This document shows, one piece after another, positions 17,879 through 28,600 of a stretch of 64,000 bases of DNA. The stretch is from Candidatus Latescibacterota bacterium (GTDB lineage: Bacteria > Latescibacterota > UBA2968 > UBA8231). Every line of letters starts with the position of its first letter. Positions within the stretch are counted from its first letter, which is position 1. The position numbers and the translations under genes were made by a program. The notes under the pieces are model-generated. The model ran no database searches, had not been told where the DNA came from, and was given only the letters and a program-made list of their open reading frames with translations. The stretch is taken from positions 5,024,001 through 5,088,000 of the forward strand of contig OZ242005.1 of NCBI GenBank assembly GCA_965204725.1. Direction: 5' to 3'.

Positions 17879-19600
17879 TTACCTACTCTCGGCCAAGGCC
17901 CGCCGAATGCGCGCGGCCTCGCGGTGCGCCGGGTCGAGGCGCAGCAAGGTCGTCCAAGCCGCGGCCATTTCCGCCCAGCGTTGCTGGCCGCGGTACAGCT
18001 CGCCCAAGCGGTAGTGCGCCTTAGCGGCCTGAGCGTCTAGTGCCACGAGCGCGGTGTATTGCCGGATGGCGTCCGCTGGGCGGCCGACGCGCTCGTAGGC
18101 GCGGCCCAAATTGTAGTAGGCCCTCAAGTGGTGCGGGGCCAGCCGCAACGCCGTGCGGTAGTGTTCGATGGCCGCTTCGTAGCGACCGGCTTTCTGGTAA
18201 GTCAGGCCGAGATTGAAATGCGCTTCAACATGCGTGGGATGCAGGGCCAGCGCGGTCTTAAAGGACGCGATGGCCGCTTCGTAGCGCCGCGCCGCCCGGT
18301 GTAGTACTCCGAGGTTGAAGTGCGCTCGCAGTCGGGTCGGCTGAATGGCCACCGCTCGCTGGTAGTGATGGAGTGCGCGGGCGTATTGCCCCGATTGATA
18401 GTACGTAAACGCGAGGTTGTCGTGGGCGCGGGCGTTGTCTGGATAGTGCGCCAAGACAGCGGCAAACAAGCGAGCGTCGCTGTGCCAGTCGCGGTTGCGG
18501 ACGATGGTGCGCACCCCGCCCAGCAGGACCGCACCTAGTGCCACTGCCCAAATTAGACGCCGCGGTCCCGGGCTTTTCCGCAGCACCCACCCCCAAGTCA
18601 GGGCCACCGGAATCATGGCGAAGTGCAAGTAACGCTCGGCCATGCCGCTGGGCGCGAGGAAAAGCACATTGGCTACCGGCAAGAGGCACGCGCCAAAGAA
18701 CGCGCTGGCAAAGACCAGAAAGCGCGAGCGCACCACCCAAGGCAGCGCGATCAACGCGACGCACAAGCCTGAGCCAACGATAAACCACAGGTCGAAAGGC
18801 GACGTCACCGGCGGGATTGACGCATGCGAATAATCCGCCGACAGGTGTAGCGGTGCGGCGATCAGCAGCAAATAGCGCGGCAGAATGGCCACCGCCGTGC
18901 CGAGCCGCTGCCACGGGCCGAGGTCGGCCAAAAAATTGGTGGAAACCGGCCCGGCCGGGGCGTCGGCCAACGCCAGCCAACGCAAGGCCAAGACGCCGAG
19001 CAGGACCGCCCCGTAGCCCCAATGTCGCTTGCACCAAGCCGCTACGCCCTCCCGCGAGTCCGCCAACAACAGCGCGACCGGCAACACCATCGCCGTCTCT
19101 TTCGACAGGCAGGCCCCCGCGTACAGCAAATAGGCGAGGACGCGCCGCTGCCGATGCGCGATAAACGCACTCAGGGACAACGAGCTGGCGAGCAAGTCAC
19201 CCCGCGCCGACACCCACGCTACCACTTCGGTCTGGAGGGGATGACTCGCGTACAGCAAGGCGGCCCACAGCGCGGCGCGCCCTTCGCCGAGCAGGTCGCG
19301 GGCCAATGCGTACAGGAGCAGACTATTGACCGCATGCAATAGGACGTTGGTTAGGTGATAGCCCCAAGGCGCTTCCCCAAAGAGTTGGAAATCGACCCCC
19401 AGCGAGAGCAAGGTCAGCGGCCGGTACCACGCCAGCCCCATCCAACTCGTGCCAAAAAGCTCGCCTAGGGCCAGCGAGCGCACCGCATCGCTGGCGAGGT
19501 ACGCCGAGTCGTCAAAAACAAAGCCGTTGCCCAGCGTATTGGCGTAACACGCTAGGGCCAGTGCCGCTATGTAGCTGAGGTGCGAGGCTGGGAGCCGCAT
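17879..19600 (-). CDS. TMTC-like membrane O-glycosyltransferase with TPRs
   Basis: NGFVFDD, YRPL, GYHLTNVLLH, HPLQTEVVAWVSAR, SKE, LSADY, AERYL, RNRDW, then TPRs. Confidence 0.85.
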   Translation of the reverse strand: MRLPASHLSYIAALALACYANTLGNGFVFDDSAYLASDAVRSLALGELFGTSWMGLAWYRPLTLLSLGVDFQLFGEAPWGYHLTNVLLHAVNSLLLYALARDLLGEGRAALWAALLYASHPLQTEVVAWVSARGDLLASSLSLSAFIAHRQRRVLAYLLYAGACLSKETAMVLPVALLLADSREGVAAWCKRHWGYGAVLLGVLALRWLALADAPAGPVSTNFLADLGPWQRLGTAVAILPRYLLLIAAPLHLSADYSHASIPPVTSPFDLWFIVGSGLCVALIALPWVVRSRFLVFASAFFGACLLPVANVLFLAPSGMAERYLHFAMIPVALTWGWVLRKSPGPRRLIWAVALGAVLLGGVRTIVRNRDWHSDARLFAAVLAHYPDNARAHDNLAFTYYQSGQYARALHHYQRAVAIQPTRLRAHFNLGVLHRAARRYEAAIASFKTALALHPTHVEAHFNLGLTYQKAGRYEAAIEHYRTALRLAPHHLRAYYNLGRAYERVGRPADAIRQYTALVALDAQAAKAHYRLGELYRGQQRWAEMAAAWTTLLRLDPAHREAARIRRALAESR

Positions 19601-19926
19601 GACGACATTTCTTGAGAAAACAATAAGTTATGGGCTTGACTGAACGTATTATCGGGCACGATCTTTCAGAAAACCCGTGTTCCCTTACAAAAATGGTTTC
19701 TCGCCATCGGCTTGCAAGTCAATGCCAAAAAGAGCTTATCGATCCACCAGCTTGCCCGCGATCTGCAAGGTACATGCAGCAACGCTTCGAGCGGCTATGG
19801 CGACCGACGAAGAGGGTTTGATTTATGGTATTGTCGAGGTTGGATGAAGGGGATACATTGACAGACGCATAAGCCGATAATTTATCATTCCGGGTATATG
19901 CGCTCAATAGAACAAAACGGAGACAG

Positions 19927-22152
19927 GTGACACAAATGGACAGCATCCAAACGGCACTCAAAGACAGCAACTATCGTCTCGACCTGTTCAAGGACGATGA
20001 AATTAAAAATCTGCGTGCTAGGGTTTTCCGCAAAACCGGCCGAGAGCATCTGAAGTGCATCGTCCGGGATAAGGATATTCAGCTAAAGCCCGAAGAAATC
20101 GTCCGCCAACTCTATGCGGCTCGGCTTATCGATCAGTATGGCTATTCCAAAAACCGCTTGACCTTTGAACACCCGGTCAGCTTTGGAAGAGAAAAGAAAA
20201 AGGCCGACATTGTCATTTTTGACAAAGACCGTTTTGATACGGCCTATATCATCGTGGAGGTCAAAAAGCCCAAGCTCAAGGATGGAAAAGACCAGCTTCG
20301 ATCCTATTGCAACGCCACCGGCGCGCCGATTGGCGTGTGGACCAATGGCGAGCAAATTTCCCATTACCACCGCAAAGCCCCCAACTATTTTGAGGACATC
20401 ACCGATATTCCAAACAGTGCTCAAAGCCTTAAAGACATACTCCGCGAACGCTTTACCTTGAAAGACCTGATCATCAAAGACAAGGTCGCCAATGAGCGCA
20501 AATCCCTGAAGGACATCATTTTGGAAATGGAAGACGAAGTGCTGGCCAATGCCGGGGTGGACGTATTCGAGGAGGTTTTTAAGCTCATATTCACCAAGCT
20601 ATACGACGAATTTCTCAGCCAAAGAAACAAGGAAGCCATCAACTATGTCGTGCGAGAAATGACAGGAACGGTTGTCAGTGATCGAAGTTCGTCGGATTAT
20701 TTTTACGGACAGAATTATGAAGGGCTCAAAAAAGCGGTCAGCGCGGTTGACGACGAGGGCTTTCGAGCTATGGAATTCAGAAATACCGGGCAGACCGATG
20801 CGGGACTCAAGAAAAAAATTCAAACCCTGTTCGATCAGGCAAAGGACAAATGGTCGGGGGTGTTTCCCGAAGGCGCGACTTTTGAACTCTCCGACAGCCA
20901 CTTGTCCGTTTGCGTGTCTAGCTTGCAAGATGTGAAATTGTTCAACTCCAATTTGCTGGTGGTGGATGAAGCCTTTGAGTATCTGGTCAGCAAATCCGCC
21001 AAAGGCGAAAAGGGGCAATACTTCACGCCGCGCCATGTCATTGATATGTGTGTGCAGATGCTGAACCCCCAACCCGGCGAATACATGATCGACACTGCTT
21101 CCGGCAGTTGTGGTTTTCCAGTGCATACCATTTTTAAGCTCACGGGGCATTTGTTCAGCAACGTGGAGATCAAGCCGGAGGAAAAAGAGAATGTCCTAAA
21201 AGTGTTCGGCATTGACTTTGACGAAAAGACCGTCCGCGTCGCCCGCACGTTGAACTTGATTGCCGGCGATGGCGAGACCAATGTGCTGCATTTGAACACA
21301 CTGGATTTTGAACGCTGGAGCGACCGGGTAGAGAAAGACAGGCAGTGGATCAGAACGTATGGCGATGGCTTTGAACGGCTGGAAAAACTGCGAGCCGAAA
21401 AAGGTCAAAATAAGCGGTTTAACTTCGATATTCTGATGGCCAATCCGCCCTTTGCCGGCGACATCAAGGAAAGCCGCCTGCTACATCAATACGACCTCGG
21501 GTTTAAGGCCAACGGCAAGGCGCAAAGCAAAGTCGGGCGCGACATTCTGTTTATTGAGCGCAATCTGGACTTTCTAAAGCCCGGCGGGCGTATGGCGATT
21601 GTGCTACCGCAGGGCCGATTTAACAACACAACCGACAAGTATATCAGGGAATTTATCACCGAGCGCGGGCGCATCCTCGCCGTAGTTGGGCTACACGGCA
21701 ATACGTTCAAACCGCATACAGGAACCAAAACTAGCGTGTTGTTTGTGCAGAAATGGGACGATGAACTCTGCTCCAAAGTAGATGACTACCCCATCTTTTT
21801 TGCCGTGAGCGAAAAGGGGGGCAAGGATAACTCCGGCGATTACGTCTATGTCAAAAGCGAGAACGGGCAGGACAAGCTAGACAGAAACGGCCATTTGATC
21901 GTCGACCACGATTTGCACAACCACGATGGCGAACTGCCCGACGGCATTGCCGAAGCCTTCATTGAGTGGGCGAAGGGCGAAGGGTTGAGTTTTTGGGAAA
22001 ATGAAGAAGATGGGTTGAGAACCGACCGACGCCAAGCATGGCGGGACTTTATTAGCAACAATCGCCAAAGGCGAATATACGTCGATAGCGATATAGATAT
22101 TTCGCGTCTAGGTGATAAAATAAACGACATGGAAGTGGAGCTTGAAAAGTGA
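19927..22152 (+). CDS. hsdM: Fused HsdR_N-type nuclease + N6-adenine DNA methyltransferase (type I-like/IIB RM large subunit)
   Basis: KPEEIVRQ, ADIV...IVEVK nuclease motif, GQYFTPR, DTASGSCGF, ANPPF, FKPHTGTKT. Confidence 0.85.
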   Translation: MTQMDSIQTALKDSNYRLDLFKDDEIKNLRARVFRKTGREHLKCIVRDKDIQLKPEEIVRQLYAARLIDQYGYSKNRLTFEHPVSFGREKKKADIVIFDKDRFDTAYIIVEVKKPKLKDGKDQLRSYCNATGAPIGVWTNGEQISHYHRKAPNYFEDITDIPNSAQSLKDILRERFTLKDLIIKDKVANERKSLKDIILEMEDEVLANAGVDVFEEVFKLIFTKLYDEFLSQRNKEAINYVVREMTGTVVSDRSSSDYFYGQNYEGLKKAVSAVDDEGFRAMEFRNTGQTDAGLKKKIQTLFDQAKDKWSGVFPEGATFELSDSHLSVCVSSLQDVKLFNSNLLVVDEAFEYLVSKSAKGEKGQYFTPRHVIDMCVQMLNPQPGEYMIDTASGSCGFPVHTIFKLTGHLFSNVEIKPEEKENVLKVFGIDFDEKTVRVARTLNLIAGDGETNVLHLNTLDFERWSDRVEKDRQWIRTYGDGFERLEKLRAEKGQNKRFNFDILMANPPFAGDIKESRLLHQYDLGFKANGKAQSKVGRDILFIERNLDFLKPGGRMAIVLPQGRFNNTTDKYIREFITERGRILAVVGLHGNTFKPHTGTKTSVLFVQKWDDELCSKVDDYPIFFAVSEKGGKDNSGDYVYVKSENGQDKLDRNGHLIVDHDLHNHDGELPDGIAEAFIEWAKGEGLSFWENEEDGLRTDRRQAWRDFISNNRQRRIYVDSDIDISRLGDKINDMEVELEK

Positions 22153-22553
22153 TCTATATTGACACAGATGTTTTGGTACATGCTTATGTCGTTCAGGATA
22201 GAGAAAAGAATAGGAGGGCCAATGAAGTTATCGAGCAAGTGAATGAAGGTAATAGCGCAGCCATATCAACGCTTAGTGTTCAAGAAATGCTGTTTGTTCT
22301 GGAAAAATTACGTATTGACAGCCAAGCTATTGACACGGCTTACAATGAAGTTATGCAACTGCAACCTCTTGCTTATGACATAGAAATTTTACGGCGAGCG
22401 GTTGATATAGCCAAGCAGGTTGGTTTTAGAAACATCAATGACTGTATTCATACAGCGATTGCCGAATCACACTGCACGGAGTTGATTACCTACAATAAGG
22501 GCGATTTCAGAAAAATAAGGGAGTTTGCAAAGGTTAAGGTGACGATACTGTGA
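22149..22553 (+). CDS. vapC: PIN-domain (VapC-like) toxin
   Basis: IYIDTDVLV, QE, NDCIH, LITYN..DF; GTGA overlap with upstream gene. Confidence 0.85.
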   Translation: MIYIDTDVLVHAYVVQDREKNRRANEVIEQVNEGNSAAISTLSVQEMLFVLEKLRIDSQAIDTAYNEVMQLQPLAYDIEILRRAVDIAKQVGFRNINDCIHTAIAESHCTELITYNKGDFRKIREFAKVKVTIL

Positions 22554-22597
22554 CGTAGCAACCATTAAAACGCTGTCGTTTGAAAGATGAGGGAAGG

Positions 22598-23989
22598 ATG
22601 AGATATAAAATCAGATATTTATCAAGCGTGTCTCTGCATCCAGACCACCGTTGGGATGGCGAATACCTGTGTTTTGAGCCATACAAAAACGAGAACCTTG
22701 ACTATGTACCAATAGGTGACGTGCTTTCTTCTTCTCAATATGGCGTTTCCATAGAGATGAATGAAGAGAGAATCGGAACAAAAATTTACAGGATGAATGA
22801 GATTAGCAATATGTTGTGTGACCGCACCATCTTAAAGTACGCAAAATTAAGTGCTGATGAGGTTGCATTATACAAACTCAAAGACAGAGATGTTCTGTTT
22901 AACCGCACAAACTCGCAAGCGTTCGTAGGCAGAACGGGTATATTTAGAAAATTCTCAGATGAAGCCGTTGTTTTTGCGTCTTACCTTGTACGCATAAATC
23001 CAAATCCTAAAATCGTTACTCCTGAATACTTAACAGCATTTTTGAATACCAAATACGGTGTTCAGGATGTCAAAAGACGGGCAAGAATTTCAATCAACCA
23101 ATCAAATGTCAATGCGGAGGAATTAAAGAGGATCAAGATACCACTGTTATGTGATGAACTACAAACAAAGATAACATTATTGTTTGATAAAGCCTTTGAT
23201 TTCATTCAAGCATCAGAGGCCATATATCGTCAAGCCGAAACCCTCCTTATCTCTGAACTCGGCCTTGCCAACTGGCAGCCCAAACACCAACTCGCCTTTG
23301 TCAAAAACTACTCCGATACTCAGCGATTTGAGCGCATTGACGCCGAGTATTTTCAGCCGCAATATGAGGAGATAGTCAATGTCATCAAAAGCTATTCGGG
23401 TGGATGGGATACACTGGATAATTTGGCTCACTTAAAAGACAAAAATTTCAGACCAAAAAATAAGACAGAATACAGATACATTGAACTTGCCAATATCGCA
23501 GACAACGGAGAAATAACCGACTGTACAACAACACAAGGTCAAGATTTGCCAAGCAGAGCAAAACGCAAAGTGTCAATGGGAGATGTGATTGTTTCATCTA
23601 TAGAGGGTTCACTCGATAGCATCGCCTTGATAGATGCGAAATATGATGAGGCCCTTTGTTCTACGGGTTTCCATCTGCTTAACTCAAAGATGTTTAATTC
23701 CGAAACGCTACTTGTACTGATGAAAAGCATAATTGGACAGTTGCAACTCAAGAAGAGATGTAGTGGAACCATTTTGACTGCTATCAAAAAAGACGAACTT
23801 GCTCAGATTATTTTACCAATAATTGAGAAAGAAAAACAGGCGCGAATCCAGCAAAAAGTGACCGAGTCCTTTGACTTGCGAGAGCAGTCTAAACACCTAC
23901 TAGAATGCGCCAAACTAGCGGTAGAAATGGCTATTGAACAGGACGAACAGACGGCCATTGAGTGGATGGAAGGGGCACTTGCCTGTTAG
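22598..23989 (+). CDS. hsdS: Restriction-modification specificity (S) subunit, two TRDs
   Basis: DVLFNRTNS, FASYLVRI, QSNVN, RIDAEYFQP, LPSRA, CSTGF; AT-rich. Confidence 0.85.
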   Translation: MRYKIRYLSSVSLHPDHRWDGEYLCFEPYKNENLDYVPIGDVLSSSQYGVSIEMNEERIGTKIYRMNEISNMLCDRTILKYAKLSADEVALYKLKDRDVLFNRTNSQAFVGRTGIFRKFSDEAVVFASYLVRINPNPKIVTPEYLTAFLNTKYGVQDVKRRARISINQSNVNAEELKRIKIPLLCDELQTKITLLFDKAFDFIQASEAIYRQAETLLISELGLANWQPKHQLAFVKNYSDTQRFERIDAEYFQPQYEEIVNVIKSYSGGWDTLDNLAHLKDKNFRPKNKTEYRYIELANIADNGEITDCTTTQGQDLPSRAKRKVSMGDVIVSSIEGSLDSIALIDAKYDEALCSTGFHLLNSKMFNSETLLVLMKSIIGQLQLKKRCSGTILTAIKKDELAQIILPIIEKEKQARIQQKVTESFDLREQSKHLLECAKLAVEMAIEQDEQTAIEWMEGALAC

Positions 23990-23996
23990 GTATAAT

Positions 23997-25667
23997 ATGG
24001 ACGCGCTAAGAGACGTCAGACTCGCACAAACCCGTTGGGCGATCCTTGTGGCGGCACTGGTCTTATCGCTGGCGTGTAGTCGGCCAGACGCGCCGGCGGT
24101 AGCACGGGTCGGCGACGTGCCCATCACGGGCGCGGAGTTGCGCCGGTTTGCCGCAAACGTGTTGCCCGGGCTGCGCCCACCCGATCCAACAGGGCCAGCG
24201 GCGCGTGAGTCCTACTTGCAGACCTTGATCGACCGCCAACTCATGCTGCGCCAAGCCCGCGAAACGGGCCTAGACCGCGAGCCGGCCGTGCGGGTTGCGC
24301 GGCTGCTCCAGCGGCGCACCTATCTGGCGAACTTGTACCGGAAGCGCGACCTGCATCCCCAAGCGCGCATTACGGACGCGGATGTCGCCCGCTTTTTTGC
24401 CGAGCAGGGCCTCGGGCGCGAGCGCCTCATGACGGCCATTTTGGTCCAGACCGAGGCCGAAGCCCAAGCGATCGCACGCCAACTCGCAACCGGGGCTTCC
24501 TTTGCCGAACTCTCGGCCCAACACACGCTCGACCCCCGCGCGGCTGCCCAGCGCGGGCGAATCGGCTTTGTCAATCGCGCCATGGCCAGCCGCCTCGGGG
24601 TGCCAGAGGTCGTATTCGATCACCAGCCGACCGGCGTCGTATCCGAGCCGTTGCCCTTGGGCCGGCGGTTTCACTTGGTGCGCTTTGTCGAGGAGCGCCA
24701 AGTAGAAGTCGATAGCCAGCGGGAGTTGCTCGCCCGCGAGCTGGCCAAAGCCAAAAGGCGGGAGGTTGAGCGGCAGCAGGTCGAGCTCCTCGCCTATAAA
24801 CTCGGCTGGCGTTTGACCGCGCCGGGCCTAGCCGCCCTGCCAGCAAAAGCGAACGCGCCCTTGTTTACCTACGATGGCGGCGAGGTCTCCACCGAAGAAT
24901 ACCTAGAAATCCTGCACAAGCATCGGGTGACGCGCCCAGCGGCGTTGCAAGACAGCGCGACCATTGCGGCCTTTGCGCGCCGCGCCATCTTGCCGGAGCT
25001 CGTGTTGGCCGCTGCAGCCGAAAAGGCCGGCTACCACCAAAAGGCAGAGGCCGCCGCGCACTTGGCCAAAGCCGACGAAGAATTGCTGCTCAAAGCCGCG
25101 TACCAACGCCACGTAAGCGACTCGGTCGCCGTCGCCGCGGCCGAGGTCGAGGGCTATATCGCCGCGCATCCCGAGCGATTCACCACCCCGGAGTCTATCT
25201 GCTTTGACGAGCTGATCGCGCCCAGCCGGCAAGAGGCCCAGCAACTCAAAGACGCTTTGACCGGCCAAGAGGACTTGGCCGCCTTGGCCAAGGCGCGCGG
25301 TTTCCCGTTGCGACCGCGGCGCGCCGATGGCCTCGTCTGCATGCACCGCTACAACAGCGTCCCGTATCCCCAGCTCTGGCGTGCCCTGCAATCGGCCGAG
25401 AGCGGCGTCCTAAACGGCCCGGTGCAAACCCGCGAGGGATTTGCCTTGTTCGTGGTGGTCCGCACCGAGCCGGCCCAGCCCGAGCCGGCCCCGCAGGCGC
25501 GACAACGGGCGCGAGCGGCCCTCGTGCAGCAGGCCGAACAAACGCGCTTTGACCATTGGATTGCGTCGTTGCGAGAAAAGTACCGCGACGAAATTGACAT
25601 CTCGGCCGAGCAACTCGCCGCCGCGCTGCCCGATTCGCTGCTCGCCAGCCTCGGACCGCGCGAGTGA
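23997..25667 (+). CDS. SurA/PrsA-like peptidyl-prolyl isomerase lipoprotein (two parvulin-like domains)
   Basis: Lipobox LSLAC, LQTLIDRQL, GASFAELS, GRIGFV, GVVSEP, GPVQTREGF. Confidence 0.8.
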   Translation: MDALRDVRLAQTRWAILVAALVLSLACSRPDAPAVARVGDVPITGAELRRFAANVLPGLRPPDPTGPAARESYLQTLIDRQLMLRQARETGLDREPAVRVARLLQRRTYLANLYRKRDLHPQARITDADVARFFAEQGLGRERLMTAILVQTEAEAQAIARQLATGASFAELSAQHTLDPRAAAQRGRIGFVNRAMASRLGVPEVVFDHQPTGVVSEPLPLGRRFHLVRFVEERQVEVDSQRELLARELAKAKRREVERQQVELLAYKLGWRLTAPGLAALPAKANAPLFTYDGGEVSTEEYLEILHKHRVTRPAALQDSATIAAFARRAILPELVLAAAAEKAGYHQKAEAAAHLAKADEELLLKAAYQRHVSDSVAVAAAEVEGYIAAHPERFTTPESICFDELIAPSRQEAQQLKDALTGQEDLAALAKARGFPLRPRRADGLVCMHRYNSVPYPQLWRALQSAESGVLNGPVQTREGFALFVVVRTEPAQPEPAPQARQRARAALVQQAEQTRFDHWIASLREKYRDEIDISAEQLAAALPDSLLASLGPRE

Positions 25668-25682
25668 AACCTTGGAGCGAAT

Positions 25683-28600
25683 ATGACCAGCCAACGCATC
25701 CCCTTACGCTGGAGCCTGTGGTTGCTCCTTTTCTTATTCCTAAACCAAGCGGAAGCACAGGAGGGTTTTGAGCTAACCGCCGATGGCGTCACCATCAATC
25801 GCGCCGCGCAATGGGAACACTGGACGCGGCCCAAACACGCCATCCACATCGATCGCCAAACCCACACCCTCACTCCGCGCCGCATCGGCCAAGCGACCGA
25901 CGCCATCCGCGACCTCGATCGCTTCCAAACCTTGATCGGCAATCAGAGCGCGTACGACAAGTTGGTTAAGGAATTAAACCGCGCCGACCGCCCCATCCCC
26001 CTCAACATCCGCCCGGCCGAGGCCACGGTGGCCGGGGTGCCGATCGTCTATCTAAAGGCCAACAAGAAGAAAAACATTGAGGTCGGCGATCCAATTATCT
26101 GGTACTACTATCACGGCGGCATCCGCCACGCCGGCACCCGCGTCGAAACGGCCGCGGCCATTCTCGACGGGGACCCAACGACCTACTGGGAACCGAGCAC
26201 CGTGGTTTCTCGCGCCGAGTACGACGATCTCGCGCCGGCCGCCCAAGGGCCTATCTACTTTATCGCCCGCGGCGACGACAGCGCAGAGCGGCGGGTCGAT
26301 GAGGCCACCTATAACGCTGCGGCCCGGGGGGATCGCCGCGTGGAATACCACAGTCACTCGCTCGAAAACTGGACGGTCGATATCGACTTGGGCCGACTGG
26401 TGCCGGTCGCCAAGGTGGTGCTGCGTTTCCTAGACCCCAGCGCGGGCGAGCCGTTCCGCCAAGTGCGCTTGCTCGGGACGGCTTCGGACGCCCGGGGTGC
26501 GGATTTGTCGCTCATAGACCGCACCATTGCCCCGGTCGAAAACCAAACCTCGGTGGAGTTCGACCTCGACCCAGACGACGAAGGCGTGTACCAGCAGCTC
26601 CACATCCTCCGCATCGCGGTTACGGACAGCAAGCTCGACAAGTTCGCGGTCGTGTCGGAAGCCGAGTTCGCGGCCCTGCCGCTCGACGAGCAAGGCGGCA
26701 TCGACTACCACATCGTCAACGCGGCCGGCACGGAGACGAAGGTGGCCCGCAGCATATACGAGGACGTCGATCCCCAGCGCCGCGGTCGCCTCATTCACTA
26801 CCGGCGCGAGCGGCCCCGCCTAGCCGCCATAGAGGTTTGGACCCAAGGCGACAACATCGCCCTCGACGTCATCGATGGCGGCGGCAGCGTCGAGCTGACC
26901 GGCACCTTCGGCGGCCTGCCCGGGTTCGATGGCCGCTACGAGAGCAACTTCCTCCAATTCGTCTGGTCGCCCGACCCGCGCTTTGAAGACCGCGGCATTA
27001 TGACCCTCGACTTGGGGGCGCGCTTCTGGATCAACTACTTCCGCATGGTCGGCGACATCAGCGGCGTAGATGAAATGATCGTCCGCATCTCCGACGGCAC
27101 CCGGGATTCCAACGGCAGTCTAAAGTGGCGCGAGATGCACCGCCAAACCGGCGGCACTGTGGAGAGCGAGTTTGAACAGCTCGAACCCGTGCGCTACCTC
27201 ACCAGCCAGATATACACCAGCCAAGCGGGCCGCGCTGGCGGGTACAACACCGGCGACCGCATCCGCGAGGTGCAGCTATTCGGCGAGGGCTATCCCTCGG
27301 AGGTCACGCTCACGTCGCCGATGATCGAGCTGCCCGGCTCGGTCATTCTCGGCCGCATCGAATGGGAAGCCGACTTGCCGGACTCCGAACAGGTCGATGT
27401 GCAGATCCGCACGCGCACCGGCGACCGCCTCGTGGAGGTCGTCGAGTACTACGGCAACGGCGGCGACCGCAAGACCGAAACCGATTATACAAACCTGCCG
27501 ACCAGCTTTAAGGGGCCGGTCGTCAATCGGCTGCAACCCGGCGGCGGCTGGAATAGCTGGAGCCAGCGCTATACCCGCTCGGGCCAGTTCGTAACCTCTC
27601 CCAGCCCGCGCCGCTTCTTGCAAATTCAAGCGCGGCTGCTTTCCACCTCGCCTGACGTAGCGGCCAGCCTGCGCTCCATTGCGGTAGAATTCCTGCCCCC
27701 AGTGGCCCACCGGACGGTCGCCGAGATCTGGCCCAATACGGTCGAGCCGCGAGCAAGGAGCGAGTTCGCGCTCTACATCAAACCGACCTTTGTGGAGCAC
27801 CAGCCCGGCGGACCACCCAGCCGGCGCTTTGACGAGATTTTGCTCGACGCCGCCCCCATAGAGGAGATCGCCATCGCCGAGGTGGCCCTCGGCCGGGAGG
27901 ACGATTTGGACCGCGGCCAACCCCGCCGCCTTTTTTCCGCGGCCGGCGCGGGCGTGCTCATCGACGCGGCCACGGGCGATTCCCTACAGATCTTCCCGGC
28001 CGCCACCGGCACCGCCCTGCGGTTGCTCCTCCCGGAAAAGGTGGCCTTGCAAGCGGCCGAGGACGACACCCGCACCTATTACCGGGTCGTGACGGAAGAA
28101 GGCGAACAGGTGCCGGTTGACGGCGACGGTCGCATCCTCAACGAGCTAACCTATCTCGGCCTGCCGGTCGAGGAGCAAGGCGACATCCTCTACTTCGCCC
28201 GGCGCGGTCGCGGCGCGGAAGCCGTAGAGGAATTTGCCTATCGGAGCTTGCCCGATTCGCTCCAAGGCGAGATTCGCTACTTTCGTCGGCTGATCGGCAA
28301 GGGCGGAGAATTCCCGTTTGACCGCGAGGGGAACGCCCTGACCCAAGCCGCGTATAACGCCCTGCCCCGGACCCAGCAAGGGTCCATCGCGGCGGTCGGC
28401 GAGCTGGTGCGGGTGCGCTTTCACGCTTCGGTGCTGCTCAACGGCACCACCGTAGATGCTGCAATCCGCGATTCGGCCTTTCCCGACACCTATCAACAAG
28501 TCGATCCGGGCGACGCCACGCTTTTGACCCCCGGCACCGCCCTGAGCATCTCCGTGCCCCTGTCGAACCGGGTCGTGCAGGGCGTTGCCATCGCGCCGAA

